Source of the DNA: Mizuhopecten yessoensis
Taxonomy: Eukaryota
Reading direction: 5' to 3'
Assembly (NCBI RefSeq): GCF_002113885.1
Contig: NW_018403537.1
Span: 1,258,095 to 1,322,094, forward strand
DNA length: 64,000 bases
The position numbers were made by a program, and so were the translations under genes. Numbering within the stretch: the first letter of the stretch is position 1; every line of letters starts with the position of its first letter. The notes below the pieces were generated by a model. It saw only the letters and a program-made list of their open reading frames with translations, ran no database searches and had not been told where the DNA came from. Below are positions 1-12,915 of the stretch, piece by piece.

Positions 1-162
1 CAAAATCTTTGATGCATAGACGTCAGATTCACAGGCAAAGTTTGAACTTTCGACTGAAACTTTTTAGACAGATTTGAAATAGATTACAAACACAACTTAA
101 TACCTATAATATATAATATGCAAGAGTTCCTGGTACCTATACTGATGTCACCTCCATCTTAC

Positions 163-255
163 CCCAAACATCTTTGTGCTCTTCATTTCAACATATCCCT
201 GTTTGATCACGGCTGTTGAATTCACTCCTAAATTGGCCGTCTCTTGGTCAGCCAT
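163..255 (-). CDS. First coding exon of a DOK4/5/6-like docking protein (start of PH domain); gene continues beyond the left edge
   Basis: ATG at 255 gives MADQETANLGVNSTAVIKQGYVEMKSTKMFG, followed by GTAAGA donor at 162 (phase 0). Resembles the DOK4/5/6 N-terminus (IVKQGYV-x-x-x-S-x-x-LG), whose first coding exon also ends at that Gly. Too short for the ORF track. Confidence 0.7.
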
Positions 256-1134
256 GATGATTGCCCCTTGTCAGCTAATTATGGATCATGTATGTGTGTG
301 TTCTGGTCACTATATATATGATCTGGACCTACAATTATGGGAACAATCGATTTAATTTAACAAACATTTACAAATATTTATAAAAAAAACAATCAACTTT
401 ACTGTATTCATGCTTTCTTTCTCAACATCATCATATTATATGAAAGCTACATATCATATTTATCCAGCAATACGCCCATGTCTGGTAATAAGCCCACCCA
501 AATCTTAACTGCAGTTTTGTAGAAATGCAAACAAATGAAATTTCATTGCCCTCCTATATTATAAGCCTACCCCTATTTGGAGGGAGAGACTAAATGTGTT
601 TATTTCCTGGCTGTATTTGAGGATTCAGGTTACATATACCATATTACAATCCCTGAGGCATGTCATAATATAGATATTTATGTATATAAGACCTGCATAT
701 CATGTTGAAATTTAATAAGAATATCCTATGAGATTGTTATTGATAGAAGTAGATAATGTATGTATACAATTACATCTTTAAGAAATACACCTGTATTCTG
801 ATTGTGTAATATCAATGTGCATTAACAAAAGGTAGATAAAACTGTCCAGGTAAACAAAATCCACGGTCTATCTATAGTGTCAGGTGACAAGCTCTGCCAC
901 AGCATGTTGTCTGAAGAGTAGAAATACACATACTTACCACACAATTTATTGATTTAATGCGTAATAAACAAACACCTATAATAAGATGAGTTGAAGTGCA
1001 TTAACCACTATTTCAAATTTTGTTTAGAACAATTTCTACGACTTCAGTTTTCCTTTAAGAACCTTTTTATTACTATGAACATCGATAATTACAAGAGCAT
1101 GTATACGTAATCGTCAATGATATCCACATGTTCA

Positions 1135-1225
1135 TTAACGTTTTCACCACTGTAGACCATAATGGACTCATCCAGATGAACGCATGGGAGAGTCTACTAA
1201 AGTTGCATAGGGGTGAAAGGTTTAA
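1135..1225. mobile_element. ~91-bp TTAA-flanked piggyBac-like MITE, family B (other copies 31673-31765, 43515-43606, 46668-46758)
   Basis: Consensus TTAA-CCCTTTCACC...GGTGAAAGGG-TTAA with terminal inverted repeats; four dispersed near-identical copies in both orientations. Confidence 0.75.
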
Positions 1226-1447
1226 TCATGAGCTTGTTTTGAAAAATTACCTCAAATATATATAACTAATGATAATATGGGAAAAGGCGCAGCACATGCA
1301 TATTAGGTGACCTATATTAGTGACATGTTTGAGCATACACTCTGTGACAGCTTTCCTGTGCATTGAATGGGTTGATACTAGTGACACATATGTGTACTTT
1401 GTCAAACTGACCTAGTAAATACATGTCCCTATGACTTCTTTTGGACA

Positions 1448-1538
1448 TTAACTCATTCACCCCTGAAATTTCATAATGAACTATTCCAACCTTTGAATTG
1501 GAAGAGTTCAAATGTGTCTTCAGGGGTGAATGAGTTAA
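1448..1538. mobile_element. 91-bp TTAA-flanked MITE, family A (other copies 14152-14242, 14655-14745, 37261-37351, 44828-44918)
   Basis: TTAA-CTCATTCACCCCTGAA...TTCAGGGGTGAATGAG-TTAA; five dispersed copies of identical length. Confidence 0.8.
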
Positions 1539-1803
1539 TATCAAAAACACATCCATCACTTTGACCGATATAATTAAACTACAGTCAATGGTTCCTTAAA
1601 ATGGATACTTGATATCAACAGAGAACCACAACAAGTATGTAATCATATACTGGGTAGGTGCATTATTTTTACAGATGTTCAGAGGTCCTGGGTTCGAATC
1701 CTGGTCACAGCACCACTGAGATAAAACGAATCGGTGCTAAGCAAGGATTTCAACACAGGACCTGCAAACTATAGATTGATTCTCTCATCCACAGAGTTTA
1801 ACC

Positions 1804-2021
1804 AGGGGCCTGTTCGTCTATGCGAAACAATTGGTTTGCCCGTCTTGTAAAATGTAACTTTTTCGGGTATAAATCCTGGCAGACCTGCAAATGTTTATGC
1901 AGGCCTTGCAAGGCTTTGTCAAGGCTTGCTGAAAGCAGCATCAAATTACTTAAGATCCGACCTTATTTAATAAACAAACAACTTTGGTCCAACCGGTTCA
2001 ACCGTTAAAAAGAAAACGGCC
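1804..2021. mobile_element. PIF/Harbinger-like MITE (second copy about 8045-8262)
   Basis: Two dispersed ~215-bp homologous copies with GGGGCC(T)GTT...AACGGCCC ends. Confidence 0.5.
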
Positions 2022-2047
2022 CTCTTAACCGCTAATAGCCTTGCCCA

Positions 2048-2218
2048 CAGGGACCTGGAAATTTATTACAGCTATATTTGAACCTGAACAAAGGTGTTCA
2101 AAGTAAGTTTACACACATAAGGGGTTAATATCAACTTTTGGTATAAATGCTGACCCCAATAATGATATACCAGGGCATTTTTACCAAAATATTGCTGTAA
2201 CAAATTCTCAGGTCCCTG
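2048..2218. mobile_element. Small MITE with CAGGGACCTG termini (related copy 3391-3484)
   Basis: ACAGGGACCTG...CAGGTCCCTGT inverted ends; shared internal TACAGCTATATTTG motif between copies. Confidence 0.45.
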
Positions 2219-2574
2219 TTGCATTGCCCAGTCGCCTTACAAACGTACCTTCTTGCTACCGACAAACTACTACTAGTCAAAACAAATGATCTGAATAATG
2301 TATCTCTGAAACAGTACACACATCTATGGTATGCCATTGATAAAATTGTAAATGATATACTTATTCATATACTTCTAAACAACTTGCAGAGCAAATTGTT
2401 GAAAGATTTGTTAGCTTTAAAACAGTCAAATAATCTAAATATTTATCATATGATGAGCAATATTGTTTCATTGGTTAAATATGATTAACAGTGTGCATGT
2501 TTTGAACAAAAAAATAAATAAATGATGAGATTTTTGTCATTTCTTTCAACGTAAACTAAAGTTATCACAGTTAT

Positions 2575-3285
2575 TACAAGAGATCCCAGAGGGATCTTGG
2601 CGCCCACCTTTGTACCATCTTCATTAGTTCTTTGTCAGTTCGATCTTTTCTCTTCTTTCCTCTAATCTGTTTGATCGAGTCATGTTAACAGTAAATGCAC
2701 CTTGAGGTAACTTTTGATCTAAACTTAATACTGATGTGTATGAAAGCCAACCTTCAAAGTGAGTTTGTCATTTCACATATTTACTAGTACAGTACTTAAT
2801 GTGAAAGAAATAGAATCGATCATTGCAATATGAGAAAGATCTGTTTAGTTCTTCTTTTAATCCATTTTGTTTTTATGATCAGTCTCAAAATATAACATAC
2901 ACAACGAGGGATCAAGGGGAACCTACATTTAAAATTTGAGAAAGATCCCTCCCGTACTTCCCGAGAAATAGCGATAACAAACTTTCACTATCAAAATCCA
3001 AGATGGCTGCCTGTCGGCCATGTTGTTTATCCGATCAGTCTCAAAAGTTGCCCTGCACAGCTAAGGACCAAGGGGAACCTACATATAAAATTTGAGAAAG
3101 ATCCCTCTGGTACTTCTTGAGAAATAGCGATAACAAACTTTCAATATCAAAATCCAAGATGGCTGCCTGTCGGCCATGTTGTTTATCCGATCAGTCTCAA
3201 AAGTTGCCCTGCATAGCTAAGGACCAAGGGGAACCTACATATAAAATTTGAGAAAGATCCCTCTAGTACTTCTTGAGAAATACTG
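2575..3285 (+). mobile_element. Helentron-associated non-autonomous element (HINE-like), truncated, with 156-bp internal repeats
   Basis: ACAAGAGATCCCAGAGGGATCT palindromic head; AGGGGAACCTACA recurs at about 2915, 3071 and 3227 (156-bp period). Confidence 0.55.
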
Positions 3286-5405
3286 ATGTGGGCTAAAAAT
3301 CTAACCAGGCTTAGAACAAGCGGTATATATATATATATATATGCAGCAAGAATTAACCGAAACACGCATGCTGGCCTACCTGTTAAACCTACAGGGGCCT
3401 GATAATTTGTTAAAACATGTAAAATTACTCTGAACACCTTAGCTTAGGTCCAAATATAGCTGTAACAAATTATCAGGTCCCTGTGATGGTTCAAGCTAAC
3501 TACCAGCTTTCTTTTTACCTGTGTCGCAATACCCCCGGGTCATCGACTAACTGACATTTTAGTGAAATTTGTACTGACACCACGCACTGTCCTAGCTATA
3601 CAACATATATATATATGTACAGAAAATGCAATCGACGAATACCATCCAAACGCGAGTTTGTAAACAGTTTAGGCCGACGATGACCCGACAGATAAGTAAT
3701 TAAAGTGTCAAATCAATGCTTACCTGGCACATAACCGAGGCCGATAACGTCTAGTTGCCTATACAGTTAGCAATCTCCTTCCGGTAACATCTCCATGTTT
3801 GTGTTATGGTCATAGACAGCACCTTATAGCGAAGGTGTGTACACAGGTATGTCTTAATACAGGTAGCAACTATAGTCCGTTTCAGTTTTTAACTTAGTTT
3901 AAACAGTATTTTATTCGATATATGGCAGTGACAAAATAATACAAAATCAACAAAGAGGATTCGAAAACAAGTACAAGTACTTATATTAATTCGTCTCCTT
4001 AGTTTTTAACTTCATTGGCGTTGAAGATGAAATAGGACTGTACGCAAGGAGCAGCTATGTCGATTGGCTACCGATCTCTCCAAAGCCATGCCCTAAACGA
4101 TTCGTATATATCACGGACTTTGATAACTTTAATCTTATTCCGTGTATATATATGATTCATTTAACTTTTTTCAATGAAACTTTACACGAATAATATAGAT
4201 GCTTTCTTGGAAGTCTTGAATAACTTCCCGTAACGTTGCAGATTAGCATTTATTTTCAGCTTTAATCAGAATTGTAGGTTCCAATTTCTTTAGTATAAGA
4301 ATTACAGCATCGCATTAAAATATGTTTGTCAGATATTATAGATATCTAGTCCTTATCGGGAAAAAAGTTGTATTTTGTTTCTAACGAGTTGAAAAACGGT
4401 CTCAAAATTAAACATTTTACCTTTTGTCGAAGGGACAAGACCGTCGGGTGAAATGTATTTGTCTTAAAACGGCGATTTAATGCTTATTCGATGTCAGATG
4501 AAAAAGCTGCATTGCTTATAAACATCTAGTATGCACAACAAAAATTCCCTCTATTTTTTTTATCTCAAAATGATCGCGCATCACGTAATTTTGTCTACTT
4601 GTAAATTAGACTAAGACCCTTTGACCGATAGAAGTCTGGTGTCTGGGCCAGAGGAAACTCGGGTTACTTAATCGTCCCACTGCACACCGGGTTGTTCGTA
4701 TAAACGGTAGCACAGGTGGGCTGTGACAGAGGTACATGAGCCTTTTTTACAGCTACATTTGGACCTAAACTAAGGTGTTCAGAGTCATTATAGATGTTTT
4801 AGGGTTTTAAACCGACTCTCGATAAAAAATGAAATCCCCGTACAAAAGCTATGCAAACAATTAATTCACCGTCTGATGACGACGGTCTGAAATAGACTTT
4901 TTCGGAGTAACATTTGAGCCAAGGGTCATAATATTGGGCAAGTAGCATACCGGAGTTAAACAAGTTTGTTTAAATGAATGATGACCTTAATCGTCTTTCA
5001 AGGTCACAGGGGTCAAATTCGATTAAAATAACTTTTAACAACTTCTTAATATGATAAACCAAGTTAGAATATAGCATGCATGGTGTATATGACGACTCAT
5101 TCAATGTCACAGAGGTCAAATGTATTAAAACCTTCAAACAGCTTCTGCTAGACGTTTTTAAGGCTTAGAGAAGTATTAAGTGAACAATTATTGGTCTGCA
5201 GTTTGCTGGGATGATATCCAGTCACGTTTGTTCAACTAATGACCTTCAGGTTTCAGGCAGGTGAGAAAAAAACTGTGTTATTAGAATTGACTTAAAAAAA
5301 AGGTTTCCTTCTGTGTCTGCCAGAAGTACTGTCCAGATGTTGCAAGATTCATGTTAATTTTGACTTTCAGAATAAGTTAAGGACAGGTGACAGGAACTAT
5401 AGTAT

Positions 5406-7120
5406 GTGGTTTCCCCTACAGGTGTTACAGTGGTGATGGTTTCCCCTACAGGTGTTACAATGGTGATGGTTTCCCCTACAGGTGTCACCATGGAGACAGT
5501 TTCCCCTACAGGTGTTACAATGGTAATGGTCTCCCCTACATGTGCTACCATGGTGATGGTTTCCCCTACAGGTGTCACCATGGAGATAGTTTCCCCTACA
5601 AGTGTCACCATGGAGATAGTTTCCCCTACAGGTGTTACAATGGTAATAGTTTCCCCTACAGGTGTCACCATGGTGATGGTTTCCCCTACAGGTGTTACAA
5701 TGGAAATAGTTTCCCCTACAGGTGTCACCATGGAGATAGTTTCCCCTACAAGTGTCACTATGGAGATAGTTTCCCCTACAGGTGTTACAATGGTAATGGT
5801 TTCCCCTACATGTGCTACCATGGTGATGGTTTCCCCTTCAGGTGTCACCATGGTGATGGTTTCCCCACAGGTGTCACCATGGTGATGATTTCTGTTCCCC
5901 AAAAGGTGTTACAATGGTGATGGTTTCCCCTACAGGTGTTACAATGGTAATAGTTTCCCCTACAAGTGTTACCATGGTGATGGTTTCCCCTACATGTGCT
6001 ACCATGGTGATGGTTTCTGTTCCCCAACAGGTGTTACAATGGTGATGATTTCCCCTACAGGAAAACCATGGTGATGGTTTCCCCTACAGGTGTCACCATG
6101 GTTATGGTTTCACCAACAGGTGTTACAATGGTGATGGTTTCCCCTACAGGTGTTACAATGGTGATGGTTTCCCCTACAGGTGTTACCATGGTGATGGTTT
6201 CCCCTAAAGGTGTCACCATGGTGATGGTTTCTATTCCCCAACAGGTGTTACAATGGTGATGATTTCCCCTACAGGAACACCATGGTGATGGTTTCCCCTA
6301 CAGGTGTCACCATGGTTATGGTTTCACCTACAGGTGTTACAATGGTGATGGTTTGCCCTACATGTGTCACCATGGTGATGGTTTGCCCTACATGTGTTAC
6401 CATGGTGATGGTTTCCCCTACAGGTGTTACCAAGGTGATGAATTGCCCTACATGTGTTACTATGGTGATGGTTTCTCCTACAGGTGTTACCAAGGTGATG
6501 GTTTCCCCTTTAGGTGTCACCATGGTGATGGTTTCCCCTACAGGTGTCACCACGGTGATGGGTTCCCCTACATGTGCTACCATGGTGATGGTTTCTCCTT
6601 TAGGTGTCACCATGGTGATAGTTTCCCCTACAGGTGTCACCATGGTGATGGGTTGCCTTACAGGTGTTACCAAGGTGATGGTTTGCCTTACAGGTGTTAC
6701 CATGGTGATGTTTTACCCTACAGGTGTTACCAAGGGAATGGTTTGTCCTACAGGTGTTACCAAGGTGATGGTTTCCCCTACAGCTGTCACCACGGTGATG
6801 GGTTCCCCTACATGTGCTACCATGGTGATGGTTTCCCCTTTAGGTGTCACCATGGTGATGGTTTCCCCTACAGGTGTCACCATGGTGATGGTTTGCCCTA
6901 CATGTGTCACCATGGTGATGGTTTCCCCACAGGTGTCACCATGGTGATGGTTTCCCCACAGGTGTCACCATGGTGATGATTTCTGTTCCCCAACAGGTGT
7001 TACAATGGTGATGGTTTCCCCTACAGGTATTACCATGGTGATGGTTTCCCCTACAAGTGTTACCAAGGTGATGGTTTCCCATACATGTGCTACCATGGTG
7101 ATGGTTTCCCCTTTAGGTGT
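5406..7120. repeat. 30-bp minisatellite (CCATGGTGATGGTTTCCCCTACAGGTGTYA)n, about 55 copies
   Basis: Directly visible tandem array; explains the overlapping MVMVSPTGVT / CHHGDGFPYR ORFs on both strands. Confidence 0.95.
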
Positions 7121-8504
7121 GCCTGCAGGAATGAAAGCCTCTGCATATGACAAACCAACAATTCCTTTCTACAAGTGAACACTGGTATGACAATGTTTCA
7201 GCATGTCAAATATTTATTTTCAAAAATTGAAGAGTGTTTCAGTTAATACCCTTCAAAATGGCCAATTTTCAACCAAATAGCACACAGCAGACGATATTCA
7301 TACATTTTATTGTGAAAATGCGGGTTTATGTCTCTCTTTGTAATGCCATATTTCCTAAACCAGTTGCCGAATGAATTTGAAATTTTATATTCACCTATTT
7401 CAGTTATTCCTGATCAAGAATATAACAAGAAATTGGTGATCTCTGATGAGGCCTGAAATGACCCTTAACACCCCTAGTCCTTTATGGTGCTGGGAGAGAA
7501 CTGATGTTGGTGATAGATTGCTCCAGGAGACTTATATGATGAGCCATTCTCTTGAGGCAGTGGAACATTTCACTGATAAGTCAATGCATTTGAGAGCATG
7601 AAATTATTTGACCAGAAAATACCAAACATACAAAGCGATAAGTCATTTCACCGAAAATTCCATACATATTAATAGCCTGTCAATTCACTCTGAAGTTCAT
7701 ACAAGACATTTCACTTGATAGATATATGGACAAGGCAATGAGGCATTTCACTGAATTCCTATATTGGAGGCAAGCATACAAGGTAAAGAGTCATTTCACT
7801 GGAAAGTCCATACTACCTGGTAAGTAAATGAGAGGCAACATTTCACTGGAAGAGAACTGCAAATCAGTAAATTTTTGAGGATATATATTTTCGCATTGTT
7901 CTTCCAACAACATATTTGTGTTTTTTTTTTAAATTCACTGAAAGAACAATGACCAAAAACATGATCCATGTTCATAATTGAATCAATAATCTTCCCTCGC
8001 AATTGAAGCAAAAATCAATACATGTATCTCGTTACTGTTGAGTACAGGGGCCTGTTTGTTTATGCAGAACAAAAGGTTTGTCAGTTTTTAAATGCAATAA
8101 TTTCGGGTATAAATCCAGACGTACCTGCCAATGTTTATGCAGGCCTTGCAAGGCTTTGTCAAGACTCGCCTGAAAGCAAGTTCAGATTACTAGTTCCGAC
8201 CTTATTTAATTAACAAACAACTGTGGTCCGACTGGTTCAACTGTTTAAATGAAAACGGCCCAGGTAATTTACTGTAATATATACATATATGTCAGGATTG
8301 CCTAGTCATGACTTGAGCACTTCACAGATGTTTTGACATACAATTTCATGCTGTCTTTGTAGTTTGCAGACAGAAACACCACACAATACTTATGTTTGTA
8401 CATTTTAATGATAATCCTTTTTGGTTGTCAGATCCAGGCTAAGGAGAGCAACAATATGATCAAGTAAACATATACTTATATCAGTGTAAAATGCCATTAA
8501 AACC

Positions 8505-8760
8505 CAGGTGTAACTTGTAGTGTAAACACAGAAAGTGTAGTGTAAACCCTGTTATTTACACTTATTCTGCTGCTTGTAACACACCTCACAGGTGTAACTT
8601 GTAGTGTAAATCCTGTTACACTAACCCTGCCACACCCTTTACATGTGTAACTTGTAGTGTAAATTCTGTTACACTAACCCTGCTACACCTCACATGTGTA
8701 CAACTTGTAGTGTAAATTCTGTTACACTAACCTTAGCTTGCTACAAACCTCACACGTGTT
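8505..8760. repeat. Degenerate tandem repeat (TGTAACTTGTAGTGTAAA...TTACACTAACCC)
   Basis: Core motif recurs 4 times at roughly 50-85 bp spacing. Confidence 0.6.
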
Positions 8761-10333
8761 ATTTGAATATAATCATTTTAACGTATTTTAATTTCTTACT
8801 TTTTTTCCCAAGACAATATTTGTGAGTTTTTAATTCCACACACAACACTGTTAACATTTACCAAAATAACTAGCTCTATATCAGAAGGGAAACACATTTT
8901 ACATTATTTCATGAGATGAGTACAGCAGAAATAAAACCTTCCCCTAATACATAATCACTATACAGTTAGCCAGCAGACATATGTGTAACATTACTGACAT
9001 GGTTAAGTATAATATTACTACACACAGGTATAATTACTGTGCCTGATTTGTGCCATTTTTTTTTCTTTTTTTTTTCAACCTAAAAAGTAAATGTTATAAC
9101 TGTTAATTCTCGTTTCCATCTTTTCTTTTCAAGGCGAAAGGACAAAAGGACAATTTTTTAGGTTTTCCTTATTTTTGTCTTTTCACCCTGTTAAGAGGAA
9201 AAGAACAAAAATATACAAATCAGACACTGTATATAACATTGACTCGAAACATGTGCCATGTTATACCAGTATTATGTAATATTGATGTTTTATGTTAATA
9301 TTGACACTTTTTATTTGACAAGTTATGGTGACACTTTCTATTTGACAAGTAATATTGACACGTGTGTGTAATATTGAAAATCCATGTGTTACTTGACAGG
9401 GGTCATGGTAATTATAAGTGTTCTGTAAACATAGTGTAAAAGATAAAATATTTTAGATATATTCTGCTACATATATCATCGTAATTGTCACGTACAGTAA
9501 ACAATTCTGCGACATATATCATCGTAATTGTAACAGTAAACACAGAGTAAAATTTGCCAAGTAGAACATAAGTATTTAGTACATAACATTATATACATAC
9601 GAAATCAGCCATAAAACATGTATAATCATAAAACAAGATCAGATATATATATTATATCTGGGTTCATACAAAACAAACTTAGGCATTGCCATTCCCTGGG
9701 ATAAACAAAAAATAAAAACACATTGATGCTGTGAGAAAGGTATTCTTGTACAGCTATATTATTCACAAAGGATGAAAACAACACTAACTTATAGGTACTG
9801 AATTCCATCTTGTTTACATTAATACTAATGCTATTTTACACCAGATAACTTCTAGTGGACCTCATACAAAAGACTTTTAAATTAAGGATTTCCTAAAAAA
9901 AAGAAAACAATCATAAATCAAGGTTTTGTGTAAAATACAAATATAATGCTTTATAAGCAGCAAGACAGCATCAAGCAAAATTGAGATTGAGACAAAAGAT
10001 ATTGACCTGATTTCATTGACAAATTTGCTTTCATACCATAAATTACTCAGGTATGCAATATTCATACCACTTTTTATAAAAAGAATCGTGAATTTTTATG
10101 CACTCTTCAATGCGACATGATTATAATCATTTATATTCTTCTCTATAATATGAATATGTTACCATATTTTCCCTCATAATATAAAAAATAGTCAAGAGCG
10201 TGAAAACTCAGCGAATACAATTTTTGATTACTCATGAAATATTTCATCAATGTTTTTATGCACTCGTTAAGTTTTGTTTTTATTCCAAATTGGTAAATTG
10301 TATAGAAAAACTTTTTTATTTCTTCTATTACAA

Positions 10334-10364
<31 letters not shown>

Positions 10365-11822
10365 TTTGGTTTGAACTAACTAAAGGAAAATAATTCAACA
10401 ATTCTTAAACATCTGATTTATTAATTAATTGTTTTCTGACTGACATTTCTATATTTTTTTGAATATATTTCATTAAACATTTTTCTGAAAATTGCATGGA
10501 GTTACCTCCCTTGCATCGCTTATTCTGTTGGATTTTTTTAATTGAACAACATATTTGGGTATCTTATTTTTCTATAAATATCTCATTTAGGGATTGGTTC
10601 AAGTAAATTCAAGTACATGGAGCACTTTTTGATAGGTAGCACATTAAAGACATGCACACTTTAACATGAATTATTATTATTATTGTGAATATTCATTTTT
10701 CATATAAATCAGAATTCAAATAATTTCATTACTTGAATTTGTAAAAGGAAAAGCAAGAAGTGTATATTTCTTAAGTGAATAACGAGCATGAACCTATTTG
10801 AATACGAATTATTTCTTAATTAGCATTGATTGTAAATTTAAATACCATTTAAACAGTGACACACATATGGAGTAAAGAAGTGAACTTACATTCTTAAAAA
10901 AAAAACCACCCCAGAAATGTCAGTTTGTGGAATTGAGTATGCATGAAACATAATTATATAAACAACCTACAGTGTCTCACATAAATAAACAGTTGACAAA
11001 AGATATGTTTTTTTTTACATTACAGGGAGAATAGTTTTACATTTTACCACATATTACAGAAGGACTATTTAATAGCTTGTAACAGTAAAGCACTAGGGTG
11101 TAAAAAATAAACACAATTTACAACCAATGAAAATATGAAAACAGAAATAATTGATTTTCCATTTTTTTTTTGGTATGCTGACCAGCAGCTTAATTTTATT
11201 TCCAGACACAGTGAACAGGGCGCTGTGTATCAAAAGCTTTATAATAACATCTTAACAACACATTTATGTAGATCTTAAAACAGTCAAAGTAGCATGATTA
11301 TATAAACTGAAAAAGGTATGTAATTCCACCAATTTAAAATATTTTTTCTTCGAAAATTTGCCATTTTATCCGAAAATTGTTGTTTCAATTATATCAATCT
11401 ATCATATGCATGTGTTTTTGTTTTTTTATTTATTTTCGCAGCCAAATCGCGTAATTATTATCTTGCATCTACTAGCTGGGGTTGAGATGTAAAATCAGTT
11501 TGATATGCTTGGGATCTATCCCGATTTATAAGCTTGCAACTTGTAGTGTGTTCCTGAAGCAGATAACCGTCAATATCACATCAATTATCAGTGTCACTTA
11601 AATGTGTGTACAACATGAACAAATAATATGTTATCTACAGCAACACAGACAAATGTTAACTTTTCAGGTTTTGTTCAGTTCAGTTTCCTCCATTATAAAA
11701 ACCCCCAGAGTACTAACATCCAGGCCAGCAAGATTGATTAATATAAGTTGAAATTACCTGTTTCATTATTGTTTTAAAACAAATAAAGTTAACATTTTAT
11801 AATGAAAGAAAAAAAGAATAAA

Positions 11823-12915
11823 TAACAGGAGGCCCATGGGCCTTAACGGTCACCTGCCATCCGATTCAAATAAGGACTGTCATCCAGGGGTCAATTCATA
11901 CTTTTCGTCGGTCCGAGTGACCTTGCTGCATTGTCCATTAATTTTTCCTTGTGAACACAATAACTTCAGTAAATATGAACCGATTTTGATGAAACTTTGT
12001 ATGCAACTTTGTATCAATGAGATCTTGGATGAGTTTGAATACCGGACCAATTTGACCATAACTTACATAGTTATTCATCAATCTTTGTTAATATTTACTC
12101 AAGTTATCGTCTTTACAGGGACAAATAATAATATAATGATAAAGGGCAATAACTCTGCAGGTTACCATCGAATAATTACCGTTGTCAACTTGTTTGAGAT
12201 CTTTTAGATGTAACACTGCGGACAAAGTTTCATTGAACTCCATCGTCATTTACTCATGTTCTCGTGTTCACAAGGTCCAATAATAATATTATTACAAAGG
12301 GCAATAACTCTGTAAGTTACAGTGCAATAATTCCCATTTTCGAACTCGTCCGGGATCTTATTGATATATGGCTGCATACAAAGTTTCATTAAACTCAGTT
12401 AACATTTACTCAAGTTATCGTGCTACAAGGTCCAATAATAATAATATTACAAAGGGCAATAACTCTGTAAGTTACTGTCCAATTATTACCATTTTTCGAA
12501 CTCGTCCGAGATCTTATTAATATATGGCTGCCTACAAAGTTTCATCAAACTCGGTTTACATTTACTCGTCCAATTATTACCATTTTCGAACTCGTCCGAG
12601 GTCTTATTAATATATGGCTGCCTACAAAGTTTCATCAAACTCGGTTAACATTTACTCAAGTAATCGTGTTCACAATGTCCAATAATAATAATATTACAAA
12701 GGGCAATAACTCTGTAAGTTACGATCCAATAATTCCCATTTTCGAACTCGTCCGGGATCTTATTGATATATGGCTGCACACAAAGTTTCATCAAACTCGG
12801 TTAACATTTACTGAAGTTATCGTGTTCACAAGGAAAACTTAACGCACGACGGACGACGACGGACAAAAGGCTATCACAATAAGTCACCATGACCTATGGT
12901 CAGGTAATCTAAAAA
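11823..12915 (+). mobile_element. HINE/DINE-1-like Helentron-associated element with ~155-bp internal tandem array
   Basis: AACAGGAGGCCCATGGGCCT head with GGTCACCTG; AAAGGGCAATAACTCTG at 12141, 12296, 12451; GACG microsatellite; terminal stem-loop then AAAAA. Confidence 0.75.

Noticed and set aside
5354-7153. Multiple 140-220 aa ORFs on both strands (MVMVSPTGVT, CHHGDGFPYR)
   Set aside because: They are translations of a 30-bp minisatellite, overlap in several frames and have no unique coding flanks.
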